Assembly: GCF_006345805.1 (NCBI RefSeq)
Contig: NW_021836332.1
Location: 1 to 25,074, forward strand
Reading direction: 5' to 3'
Origin: Octopus sinensis
Taxonomy: Eukaryota
Length of the DNA stretch: 25,074 nucleotides
Shown here: positions 1-9,565 of the stretch, piece after piece
Numbering within the stretch: position 1 is the first letter of the stretch
Layout: each line of letters begins with the position of its first letter
The notes under the pieces: model-generated
The model's input: only the letters and a program-made list of their open reading frames with translations
Database searches by the model: none
Told to the model about the DNA's origin: nothing
Program-made: the position numbers and the translations under genes

Positions 1-42
1 ATAGATAGATAGATAGAAAGATAGAAAGATAGATAGATAGAT

Positions 43-96
<54 letters not shown>

Positions 97-109
97 GTAG
101 ATAGATAGG

Positions 110-189
<80 letters not shown>
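1..189. repeat. (GATA)n/(GAAA) tetranucleotide microsatellite ending in (GACA)n
   Basis: Directly visible tandem ATAG/ACAG units. Confidence 0.98.
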
Positions 190-199
190 TGTGTTCCTA

Positions 200-427
200 T
201 ATTTTTCTTTATGTTTCTGTTTGGAAAACCTTCACCATCATCACCACCACCGCCACCCTTGATTGTTTTGGGAGTCATAACTTAATATTTCGGCCAGGAA
301 TACAGAGCGAAAGAAGTACCAAAGTTCCAGGCTTTAATAAACTTGTTGCTGGTGATTTTTCGACTGTACACTTTCAGAGCAGTGAATCCACCATGTCAGT
401 AGACTAGTGATTAAAACAAGTAAAAAC
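200..427 (+). mobile_element. Degenerate 3' half of SINE family C
   Basis: ataacttaatatttcggcc...tttttcgact...gcagtgaatccaccatgtcagtagactagtgattaaaacaagtaaaa aligns by eye with the tail at 7738-7800 (gcggtgctccagcatggccacagtcaaatgattgaaacaattaaaa) and with the reverse complement of 20080-20250. Confidence 0.55.
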
Positions 428-548
428 TAGCAATACATGTGTGTGTATGTGCACGTTTGTGTGTGTGCGTGTGTGAGCGTGGGTATGTGTAATTTGTTCA
501 TTTATTTTGATTTCATGTTTCTCCACGATTACATTTCACGTCTCTTAC

Positions 549-630
549 ATCTTGAAAGTTTTCTGCAATTCAAGACATCTTCTAAGAGTACAAAGGATTC
601 TGCTCATCGTTTCATGCCGGTTCCCTCCTT
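549..630 (-). CDS. Tentative exon (GGNRHETMSRILCTLRRCLELQKTFK)
   Basis: Pyrimidine-rich ...caattag acceptor, gtaaga donor and one open frame. Phase-compatible with 805-892. No homology recognised. Confidence 0.2.
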
Positions 631-804
631 CTAATTGGATTAAAGTAAGAAGTAAAAACTAGTATTACAAGTTGATTTTCTTATTTACCACAGGCGTTTA
701 TCAACATGGTATTTTCTCCCTAAAACATATTTTATACCATTTTTTTCCAGTCTTTAAAGCGACTCTCCTACTAGTCTATGCATCATATCGTGTCTTCTCT
801 GTAC

Positions 805-892
805 CATCTAAAGTGAAAGTATCTGATGATTGCATTTCCCCGCCACACACGGAATGCATTGTGCGTAACCGGATAAAGAGGGTTTTCGAATT
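805..892 (-). CDS. Tentative exon (NSKTLFIRLRTMHSVCGGEMQSSDTFTLD)
   Basis: ttgaacag acceptor, gtacag donor, open frame. No homology recognised. Confidence 0.17.
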
Positions 893-1033
893 CTGTTCAA
901 ATTACAAATATACTGTAATACTAATTTTAATTAAAGCATAACCTATAATGTCATATCAATGCATATATTAATTGCACACAGTTACTCGAGGCGGAGGTAT
1001 TTGTGTGCTTTTAGTAACAATAACAAGATAACA

Positions 1034-1047
1034 TATATATATATATA

Positions 1048-1088
<41 letters not shown>
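1034..1088. repeat. (AT)n(GT)n microsatellite
   Basis: Directly visible. Confidence 0.95.
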
Positions 1089-1089
<1 letters not shown>

Positions 1090-1385
1090 GAGGCGCAATG
1101 GCCCAGTGGTTAGGGTAGCGCATCCGCGGTCGGAGGATCGCGGTTTCGATTCCCAGACCGGGCGTTGTGTGTTTTTTGAGTTAAAACACCTAAAGATCCA
1201 CGAGGCTCCGGCAGGGGGTAGTGGCAACCCCTGTTGTACTCTTTCGCCCCAACTTTCTCTCACTCTTACTCCCTGTTTCTTGAGTAACGCTGCGCTGGAC
1301 TGGCGTCTCGTCCAGCTGGGGGGAACACATACACCACAGAAACCGGGAAACCGGGCCCATGCGTCTGGCTAGGCTTGAAAAGGCA
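1089..1385 (+). mobile_element. tRNA-derived SINE, family A
   Basis: A-box-like tggcccagtgg, B-box-like ggtttcgattccc, then body ctgcgctggactggcgtctcgtccagctggggg...gaaaccggg. Colinear second copy at 14191-14486. The body resembles V/Meta-type SINE core domains (from memory). Confidence 0.88.
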
Positions 1386-1796
1386 GAAGTTAATATACAT
1401 ATATATATATGTGTGTGTGTGTGTAACAGATAAAATTCTCCTCTTAACGCGATTTTAAGAAGTGGTTGTATTGCATTCACATACACAAATAATTTCAATA
1501 TTGTTAATTCAATTCAGGCAACTCCATGTTGAAAGAATGTCATGCGGGTGACTGACGTTTTACGTAGATCTGTAAATATGCTTATATTTGAGTGCGTACG
1601 ATTTTGAATGTTCATTTAAATGTAAGGACGTGTGTTTGCCTGTATATACGCACCTAGATTTCCGATCTTGCGTACATGTACATCACTGAATTATTCTGTA
1701 TGTATTATATACATTTATACACGCATGCCGTATATATATATAGACACACACACACGAAAAAATACAAACCACTCTAATATCAATATCACGAGCATA

Positions 1797-2190
<394 letters not shown>

Positions 2191-3025
2191 ATTATACTTC
2201 TTGTAACAACAGAGACAACAACAATAATATCAATAACATGAAGTGTGTAAACAGTGAATCAGACGATGTGAAAATTCTATCTGATTTCAATACAAGTCAG
2301 TGAAAATTTCAACAAAACCATTTTCACTTCGTCCGCCATCATGCAATCCGAAATTCGATTTCCTTCAAATATACTCTCCAGCTGTCTTTTGATTCCGAAG
2401 TTAATTGTATCCAAAGATTTCACACCTGCAGTGTTTCGTTGAAGAGTATATGTGTTATGGTATTATGTTATTTATTTATAAGACCTCTATTTACGTTATT
2501 TATAGATTCGTGTTTTGTTTCTCATCATATTAGTATGTTTCAATGTTGGCCTATTGCATTTATTTGTCCTTTTTTCTGTTCTGGTATTTATCTAAACTCT
2601 TATGTGACTTAGACTAGAAAGTGTATACCTATGTTTTACACTATTTAACACTGCTTTTACCTCTTATAATATAACGCTTTATTTCCTAACTACCTATTGC
2701 AGATAATATTCATAGAAGTATTAAACATAGATTTATTGTTCAACTATGTTTCGTATTATAGTCCTGCTCACAAACAAGGGACCAATTAGTACAGTTTCTG
2801 TACGCAAGTAATCATTGACTGACGAATTTATTAGTTTACCTATTTTTCTACGTACGACCTATTTCGTCTATTTCGTCTGACACCCTTATAACGAATTCTG
2901 GAATTGCCTATATCTGTACCAGTATATCTGCAATCGCACACTTAATCTCTTCATCCGTTGCAATATCAGCCAGTGAAACACGCCTTCCTCAAAGTAAAGT
3001 TCTGCAAGATTCGTTTCATATTTAC

Positions 3026-3106
3026 ACAACATGGCTCAAAATCCCAAACAACATCCTCCACGAGGATGCCGTGAGACACATCACCTCGGGAACGAAAAAA
3101 ATCATA
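3026..3106 (-). CDS. Tentative exon (YDFFRSRGDVSHGILVEDVVWDFEPCC)
   Basis: gttgttttag acceptor, gtaaat donor, 81 nt, phase 0/0. Locally more GC-rich than flanks. Confidence 0.2.
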
Positions 3107-3699
3107 CTAAAACAACTCATTTACTTTTGTTAAATAATCTACGACTTATGTTCGTATGGCAAGTTTACTTCCTGTAGATTATTGGTTAATCTAATAGGGG
3201 GGAGAGTACATTCAATTAATGAAACGTTAGTAATAATATATCAGTTTCATTATATTTGTTCTGATATATTTATTTTATTTGTAAGTGTTTTGGCACAGTC
3301 GTCTTGGTAACGCTTATTTTCTGTCGTTGATTCGACGCTGTCTTATTTGACAGTAGACGTTTTATTGTTTCTCTCGTTCTTCTGCGTCTTTGACCTATTT
3401 CTTTTTCACTGTATTAAGTACCGAGAAAATGTTTATGTCACTCACCATAAAGAAATAAATTGTAATGTCCTCTCATCTCTTTCTCTCCCTCACTCTCTAT
3501 TTATATATGAGAGCAACTACTTGCCTCTGTATTTGCCGTTTACCTCTCCGTTTCTCTCTCACTCCAGTTATATGCGTATATTTCCCGAGCGCACATGTGT
3601 ATGTCTACTCCCAAATTCAGCATATGCAAATTCTCAACGCTCAGCCGTCTGATCTGCATATCTTAAGAGTAGACTGGATGGAAGCGAAGTAAGTTAACC

Positions 3700-4178
3700 T
3701 CATCGGTATTCGAACTGAGAATGTATAAGGCTATAACTAAATATTGGCTCCAACCTTTGGCACAAGGTCAGCAAGTTCGTGGTTGAAGGGTGTAAATTGA
3801 TAACATCGACCCCAGTGTGCCACTGGTACTTAGCCTATTGACCCCAAAAATTCAAGTCTGCCTCTGCGGAACGTAAAGAGGGGCGAAATACCTATTTCTT
3901 TACTACCCACAAGGAGCTAAACACAGAGAGGACAAACAAGGACAGACACACGGATTAAGTCGATTATATCGATCCAAGTGCGTAACTGGTACTTATTTAA
4001 TCGACCCCGAAAGGATAAAAGGCAAAGTCAACCTCGGCCTAATTTGAACTCAGAACGTAACGGCAGATGAAATACGGATACGCATTTCACCCGGCGTGCT
4101 AACATATCTGCCAGCTAGAAATACCGTTAAGCCTTTTCTCCGGCATGCTAACGTTTCTCTCAGCTCACTGCGTTGCCA
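3700..4178 (-). mobile_element. Older SINE family B copy interrupted by a younger family B copy
   Basis: Degenerate core catcgaccccagtgtgccactggtactt (about 3800-3830). Its head continues at 4118-4178 (gaaataccgttaagcc...catgctaacgtttctctcagctc). Confidence 0.65.
3885..4116 (-). mobile_element. tRNA-derived SINE family B, near full length
   Basis: Highly similar to 20582-20814 (ctttactacccacaagg...gtaactggtactta...gaactcagaacgtaacggcag...ccggcgtgctaac). On the minus strand the core resembles Nin/Deu-like SINE domains (from memory). Confidence 0.9.
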
Positions 4179-4311
4179 TAATCGTAGCTATTATGTCAAA
4201 TACTCATGATCATTGTCTGTATTCATCTCATAATAATCTCTTTATCTCATAATCATTATCTGTAGCGTCAATAAAGGTTGTGTATGTCACGTGTATTGCT
4301 CCTAGCGGTAC

Positions 4312-4383
4312 CGTTGGTTTTGTTAAATAACCGGATGAAGAATTTGTGATGTCTTCTATATTAAAGGTTGAATTCGTAAGGAT
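4312..4383 (-). CDS. Tentative exon (ILTNSTFNIEDITNSSSGYLTKPT)
   Basis: tatagacag acceptor, gtaccg donor, 72 nt, phase 0/0. Two N-x-S/T sequons. Phase-compatible with 6163-6256. Confidence 0.27.
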
Positions 4384-5308
4384 CTGTCTATACCCGACAA
4401 ATTAACGTATCTCTACTTATTTCAGGCTATATGACGGCCTCATAAATGATCGTTTCTGAGCGAAGCAATAATATTCCTTAAAATGAATGTTTCTACAAAC
4501 GATGTTGACCTTAAACTTTTCATTGGGACCAAGTGTCATTTAAAGATAAAGCCTAAAAACAATCCCTAAATAAATGTATGAACATAATTAATAATATCAG
4601 AGTAATAAATATTTTAGAAATGTTTACAACCAGTGTCCTAGCGTATAGAAACATTAGTCAATAGACTATATATTATTCATATAAAATACAGTTTACATTT
4701 AAACACACTAAGAGGTATTTATTTTTCATTCCCTTCGAGAATATATCCATAATTAGTGGTTTGGACTTTAGCGGTTCCTTCTAGCATAAGGGAGTCCTAT
4801 GATGGATACCTACTAATGTGTTTAAACGTACGCTGTATTTTAATTGTATGAACATAAAGTGGAGAAGAATATTCCATTATTCCATATTCATGGCTTCCAA
4901 AGAGCCAATCAAACAGAAAAAAGTCTAATTAATACAAATAATACATGGGTTATCTGTCTTCATCTATAAATAATTAGTTGAAATAAACATCCATTGATGG
5001 ATAAAATTGATGCATTATGAAACGGATGTTTAAATATAATATAATTCATACATAATACAATGAAAGGCAAAGTACACACATACATAAACATATATATATA
5101 TACATATATATATATATATTATATAAAAGGGCTTAGTAAAATAAATTACTTTGCCGCATACTGAACTCATTAGAAATAGCAGCTAAAAAACTTTTTTAAA
5201 ACTATTTCTAATACTTAACGAAAATCTCTCTCATATATAGTGTTTGCTTAATTCAACTCACAAAAGTTTGGGGGTAAGGACATCGAAAAATCAAATGCTA
5301 AGGTTATT

Positions 5309-5361
5309 TGAGAACGTACGTTTCAAGATTAGTTAAAAACAACACTTCTATCATCAGCTCA
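5309..5361 (-). ncRNA. Minimal type I hammerhead ribozyme motif (left arm, mirror copy)
   Basis: Reverse complement of the right-arm motif. The single arm mismatch falls in the stem II loop. Confidence 0.68.
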
Positions 5362-5368
5362 GAATTTC

Positions 5369-5421
5369 TGAGCTGATGATAGAAGTGTTGTTTTTGACTA
5401 ATCTTGAAACGTACGTTCTCA
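5369..5421 (+). ncRNA. Minimal type I hammerhead ribozyme motif (right arm)
   Basis: UGAG [stem I] CUGAUGA (5373-5379) U-AGA-AGU...ACU-AA-UCU-U [stem II] GAAAC (5406-5410) GUAC [palindromic loop] GUU (predicted cut after 5417) CUCA [stem I partner]. All core nucleotides are present in the correct order. The 10.1-11.1 position is U-U. Confidence 0.7.
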
Positions 5422-5705
5422 AATAACCTTAGCATTTGATTTTTCGATGTCCTTACCCCCAAACTTTTGTGAGTTGAATTAAGCAAACACTATATATGAG
5501 AGAGATTTTCGTTAAGTATTAGAAATAGTTTTAAAAAAGTTTTTTAGCTGCTATTTCTAATGAGTTCAGTATGCGGCAAAGTAATTTATTTTACTAAGCC
5601 CTTTTATATAATGTAATAATTTGAATTCGCCTTGAATGGTCCCTTTGCATACTGAACACTTGGTGAAATTGATTAATAATTAATTAATTTTGCCCTCAAT
5701 TGTTG

Positions 5706-5707
<2 letters not shown>

Positions 5708-5760
<53 letters not shown>

Positions 5761-5800
5761 ATATTATATATATATATATATATACATATTTATATATATG
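5708..5800. repeat. (AT)n microsatellite
   Basis: Directly visible. Confidence 0.97.
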
Positions 5801-6162
5801 TGCATCCATTTATGATGGATTTGTATGTATGTATATGGGCATGTTTGTGAGTTTATGAGTGTATATACTCATTTATGCACGCGTGAAAATGACCGTATTC
5901 GTGAGAACACGAAGGGAGGTCGCGAAGAGAATGAGGAGGAAGAAAGATAATGAAAGACAGGGAAATTGAAGAAAGAACTGTGAATTAACTAACATCAGTC
6001 ATCGCAGACAAATCTATTATTTTCTCTTTATTGATATCCCTTGTATGAATATTTTTCATACTCAAGTTGGCACCTGCGTATTTTCTTTTAAGGTTTCGTC
6101 TGATTTATATAGAATTCCAAACTGTTTTGTATGAAACCAACGATCGATGAGAAATTGGCTAC

Positions 6163-6256
6163 CTTACGGCGATGATTCTGTGATTCCTTTTCAATCTCCA
6201 GAGAGCACGTCAATGTTAGATTGCGATTCAAAATATCACTTGATATCCACAAAGGA
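6163..6256 (-). CDS. Candidate exon ((F)PLWISSDILNRNLTLTCSLEIEKESQNHRRK)
   Basis: ttttggttcttag acceptor, aag|gtagcc donor, 94 nt, phase 2/0. Protein-like composition with an LTLTC motif reminiscent of an Ig strand. Confidence 0.38.
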
Positions 6257-6449
6257 CTAAGAACCAAAATATATTTGTTCCATTTGTGTGTTTGCGGACA
6301 ACATTCAACTTATGTATATCGCATGACATAAGATGGAGAATCGCACCACATCGCACCATACAATGTATAACGCACCACATAAGATGGTACGTGCCTTGGT
6401 ATTCTTTTATCAAAGTAGGGACATGGTGGCATTTTCTTCTCGCCTTTTC

Positions 6450-6512
6450 CATTCTGGGTTCAAATACCGCTGAGTTCAACTTAGCTTTATGTCCCTTCAC
6501 GAAAGATAAAAA
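6450..6512 (+). mobile_element. SINE family B fragment (B-box and core start)
   Basis: ctgggttcaaataccgctgagttcaacttagctttatgtcccttc matches the reverse complement of 20705-20745. Confidence 0.65.
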
Positions 6513-6589
6513 TGCTAACAACTGACCACTTTCCTCAAAATTAGTTGCTTTCTGCCAAAAATGAAAATAACTTCTTTATTGTGTTGGTT

Positions 6590-6803
6590 TCAAATTTTGG
6601 CACAGGACCAACGAATTCGGTTACAGCGTATATATCGATTACATCGACTCCAGTGCTCAACTGCTACTAACGATAAAAGGCAACGCTGACCTACCTCAGC
6701 GGAAATTGAATTGAAAACGTTAAGATGCAGTTGAGCATTTTGACGGACGAATTGTTGCAAAGCATTTTGACCGGCGTGTTAATCAATTTGCCATCTCGCT
6801 GCC
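6590..6803 (-). mobile_element. Degenerate SINE family B
   Basis: tcgattacatcgactccagtgctcaactg...aaaggcaacgctgacc...gaccggcgtgttaa...ccatctcgctgcc is colinear with 20582-20814. Confidence 0.7.
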
Positions 6804-6821
6804 TAACTTCTTTGTTATATC

Positions 6822-7005
6822 GGTCTCAAATTTTGATACAAGGACAGCAATTTCCAAACAAGATCAAAGTCAAACACATTAACTCCAGTCATCAACTGGT
6901 ACTTATTTAATCGACCTCCATAGGGATGAAAAGCAAAGTCGCCTTTGGCGGAATTAGAACTCAAACAATAAAAACTGACGAATGGCCATAAAACATTTTC
7001 CCCGT
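6822..7005 (-). mobile_element. Degenerate SINE family B
   Basis: caactggtacttatttaatcgacc...gggatgaaaagcaaagtcgcc...ggcggaattagaactc. Confidence 0.72.
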
Positions 7006-7338
7006 AATGATTAGATTGTGACTGCTATAACTCTCACTGCTGCTACGGCCATCGCATTTCATTGCAAGGACGTATATTTAATACACCTTTAGCCAATATA
7101 GTCTTTATCAATATCTTTTGAACAGAGGTCTTCAGTGTTGGATTTAAGTGGGGTTTGGCTATATTTTTTAGCCTATTATAAACCTTACAATGATTTATCA
7201 CATAATTACCGCTGAAACAAATGCCATATCTCAGCGGACATGCTTGTATACATAGCGTAATAAAGTCATTTTAATCATTAACTGAAAAGTTCTAACAAGC
7301 GGTTCACTTGAAATGCCGTCAATGTACTTCACACTTAC

Positions 7339-7424
7339 AAGTTTCCGGTTTGTAAACAATTCTTGTCAGTAAGAGGTGAATCGGTATATTGAATAAGGTG
7401 TTTCTCATTACTTAGAGTAAAAGA
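7339..7424 (-). CDS. Candidate exon (SFTLSNEKHLIQYTDSPLTDKNCLQTGN)
   Basis: gtgtccag acceptor, consensus gtaagt donor, 86 nt, phase 0/2. Joins in frame to 6163-6256. Confidence 0.38.
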
Positions 7425-7626
7425 CTGGACACGTTATTAAATTCAAATGAACGACCCTGAAGGGAAAATCGAATTCTCTAATGAGTATTGCCACTGACTT
7501 AATAGAAAGTGTGTCGCATCAGGTTGTAATTGTGTCGCATACATAGAAATCGTTCACAATTAAACGACCGCAATAGGTGATAAAGATGGGAGTGAAGAAC
7601 ATGTCAGATTTTTCATTAAACTATAC

Positions 7627-7664
7627 GGAGTTGTTCGAAAACCAATGGAACAAAACGAGTTCGT
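7627..7664 (-). CDS. Tentative short exon ((Y)[12 protein letters not shown])
   Basis: cggctcag acceptor, weak gtatag donor, phase 1/0. Bridges 8048-8129 to 7339-7424. Confidence 0.2.
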
Positions 7665-7737
7665 CTGAGCCGAAGTGACAAAACAAGTTCTATCACGTAC
7701 AACTGTAGGCTTTTCTTTTTCCAAATAAAACGTATAG

Positions 7738-7800
7738 AAGCGGTGCTCCAGCATGGCCACAGTCAAATGATTGAAACAATTAAAAAGTAAAAGAGTATAA
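7738..7800 (+). mobile_element. SINE family C 3' tail
   Basis: gcggtgctccagcatggccacagtcaaatgattgaaacaattaaaaagtaaaagag is close to the reverse complement of 20085-20145. Confidence 0.8.
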
Positions 7801-7814
7801 GAAAATATATCGAT

Positions 7815-7974
7815 TTTTGTCTGTCTGTCTATCCCCCTCTCTCTTTCTCTGTCTGTGAATACACACACACACACACATATATATGTATATATATATGTAT
7901 GTATGTGTGTGTATGTATTCATATAGATATGTATGTGTGTGTATGTGTATATATATATATATATTCTCATATAC

Positions 7975-8028
<54 letters not shown>

Positions 8029-8030
8029 CA
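7815..8030. repeat. Compound (CTGT)/(CT)/(AC)/(TATG)/(AT) microsatellite
   Basis: Directly visible. Confidence 0.95.
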
Positions 8031-8047
8031 AACACGTGGATATTTAC

Positions 8048-8129
8048 ATATGTATGTGCTTTTATCCGAACCGATGAATCGACTAAGACATTTGCTCCAC
8101 TTCAAGGTTCCAATTTGATGAGAGAATAT
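8048..8129 (-). CDS. Candidate exon ([27 protein letters not shown])
   Basis: Strong acceptor (tttttctatttctggttttttttttcag), gtaaat donor, 82 nt, phase 0/1, open frame. Confidence 0.33.
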
Positions 8130-9084
8130 CTGAAAAAAAAAACCAGAAATAGAAAAATAAACATTATTAGAGCGAGGAGAATATGTAATGTTAAAGCTAC
8201 AAACGTCTGTAAACTACATTTGATATAATACAATATAGCATTTTCATACATTTAATTAACAATGCCTTATATTAATGCTATGAAAGAGAATATTTATTAA
8301 TGCACGGCTATTACAATCTTGTGATTTTGTATTTGCTTAGAGTCTTGTCTAGATTATAGACATTGAGCAGTATGTATAATGACTGTTTCTATGCGGCTGC
8401 TCCGCTTCCTAAACATAAATCTGACACAAATCACGTCCAGACATCTTAACAGTATACCTAACACCGGTGGCTCGCTACTCTATATTCATAATATGCCATG
8501 GTAGGCAACGGTGGCTCCCAACAGTGAATGTGCTTTATGAAGCTTCACAATAATTTGGTTCAAACTACACACAATTCAAACTCCAAATCTGAAAATCATT
8601 CAAAATTTACGAAGTGTAGAGAATACAGATATCAGAAGGATGCAAGATACAATCATATATAAATACATATACACAATCATATATAAATTATCAGAGCGTT
8701 GCCCTCTATAATAAGAATTCTGGGAAGAAAGAATCATGAAGTATTTTATTTTTATCATACAACCTGAAATATAACCTCATCACACTTCTATAAATTGAGA
8801 TACAAGGGATATTTTTTTCTATTTTAACCATTCCCCGGTGAATCAGATTTGATATAATATATCTCCTGTAGAGCGGATACTACGGCTGATATGTATAATA
8901 GGAGTCAATGTGGTAGTTTATATAAGCTTTAGGCTTTTGAATAGTTTCGGGTCGTGAGGTACGGCCATGCTGGTGTACCACCGTCAGCTTTACGACACTC
9001 TCATTGAAACCTTCTCAGATATGTGGTAATTAGTGAATGAATAAGTTTTGTTCTGAGACGAATTATTGGTCTTCTTCTATACAG

Positions 9085-9338
9085 GCAGAGAGGTTGAAAA
9101 GGTGGTGGAAAAGCACCGTAAGGGAGCACCTTTAGCCTGCACACAGGATCCCGAATGGCCTCTGCAGATATCTGTGGAGGTCATAACGTTGGACGTGACG
9201 TTTAGCCAGGAGGGACTCAATGAGAAATATCGCTTGTATCCGGGTGACGCCGACACGGCACCCGCTTTGATCTTGAATGAGGCGTGGGGGATGGCGAAGG
9301 ATGAGGGCACAAGCGATGTTGAGGAGGAATCTGGATAA
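9085..9338 (+). CDS. GC-rich coding-like segment of unknown origin (terminal exon or mobile-element fragment)
   Basis: cttcttctatacag acceptor, 84 open codons to TAA 9336-9338. About 39 of 84 codons start with G. ATTAAA at 9378-9383. Clearly more GC-rich than flanks. The minus-strand frame is also open. Confidence 0.35.
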
Positions 9339-9565
9339 GAAGTTGAAAGACCTCTGTTATTGAAAGTTCCTTTTGTTATTAAATATTGTGAACAGTGTAG
9401 AGGTTTATTGCCTCATGAACAATATACAAGAGATCAATGTACTCGGGAAAAAATCGATCGACGGGTGTCGTTTTCCCCCCATTAATCATCATTTTCATTT
9501 TCTTTTCATTTCATGTAACATTACGTCTACATCCAGCACGTAGCTTCCTTTCTCTGTGTAAGGCC

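Larger units (their letters stand above)
5118..5612. mobile_element. Near-perfect palindrome (two 247-bp arms, 1-nt centre at 5365); foldback/MITE-like or inverted Penelope-type terminal repeat
   Basis: Positions pair as i + j = 10730 from 5118/5612 inward. The only mismatch I found is T5334/G5396. The left end abuts a (TA)n tract. Confidence 0.95.

Noticed and set aside
189-407. 72-aa plus ORF and a possible minus-strand terminal exon (LLTWWIHCSESVQSK...)
   Set aside because: The segment aligns to the degenerate SINE family C 3' half.
823-870. CTGATGA followed by a tgcatt/aatgca stem, a possible second hammerhead
   Set aside because: No GAAA follows the stem, and there is no stem I/III arrangement.
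1089-1160. tRNA-like A/B boxes, also at 14191, 20430-20468 and 20740-20814
   Set aside because: They are SINE heads: no complete cloverleaf, and each continues into a repeated SINE body.
2351-2366. 15-mer aaattcgatttcctt shared with 23233-23247, and other 12-14-mers shared between unique islands
   Set aside because: Matches this short are expected by chance in 25 kb of AT-rich DNA and do not extend.
2900-3110. Faint resemblance to a mariner transposase C-terminus (FFRSRG..., GRR...TDEEIKCAI)
   Set aside because: The catalytic motifs (DNA, YSPDL) are absent and the pieces lie in different frames.
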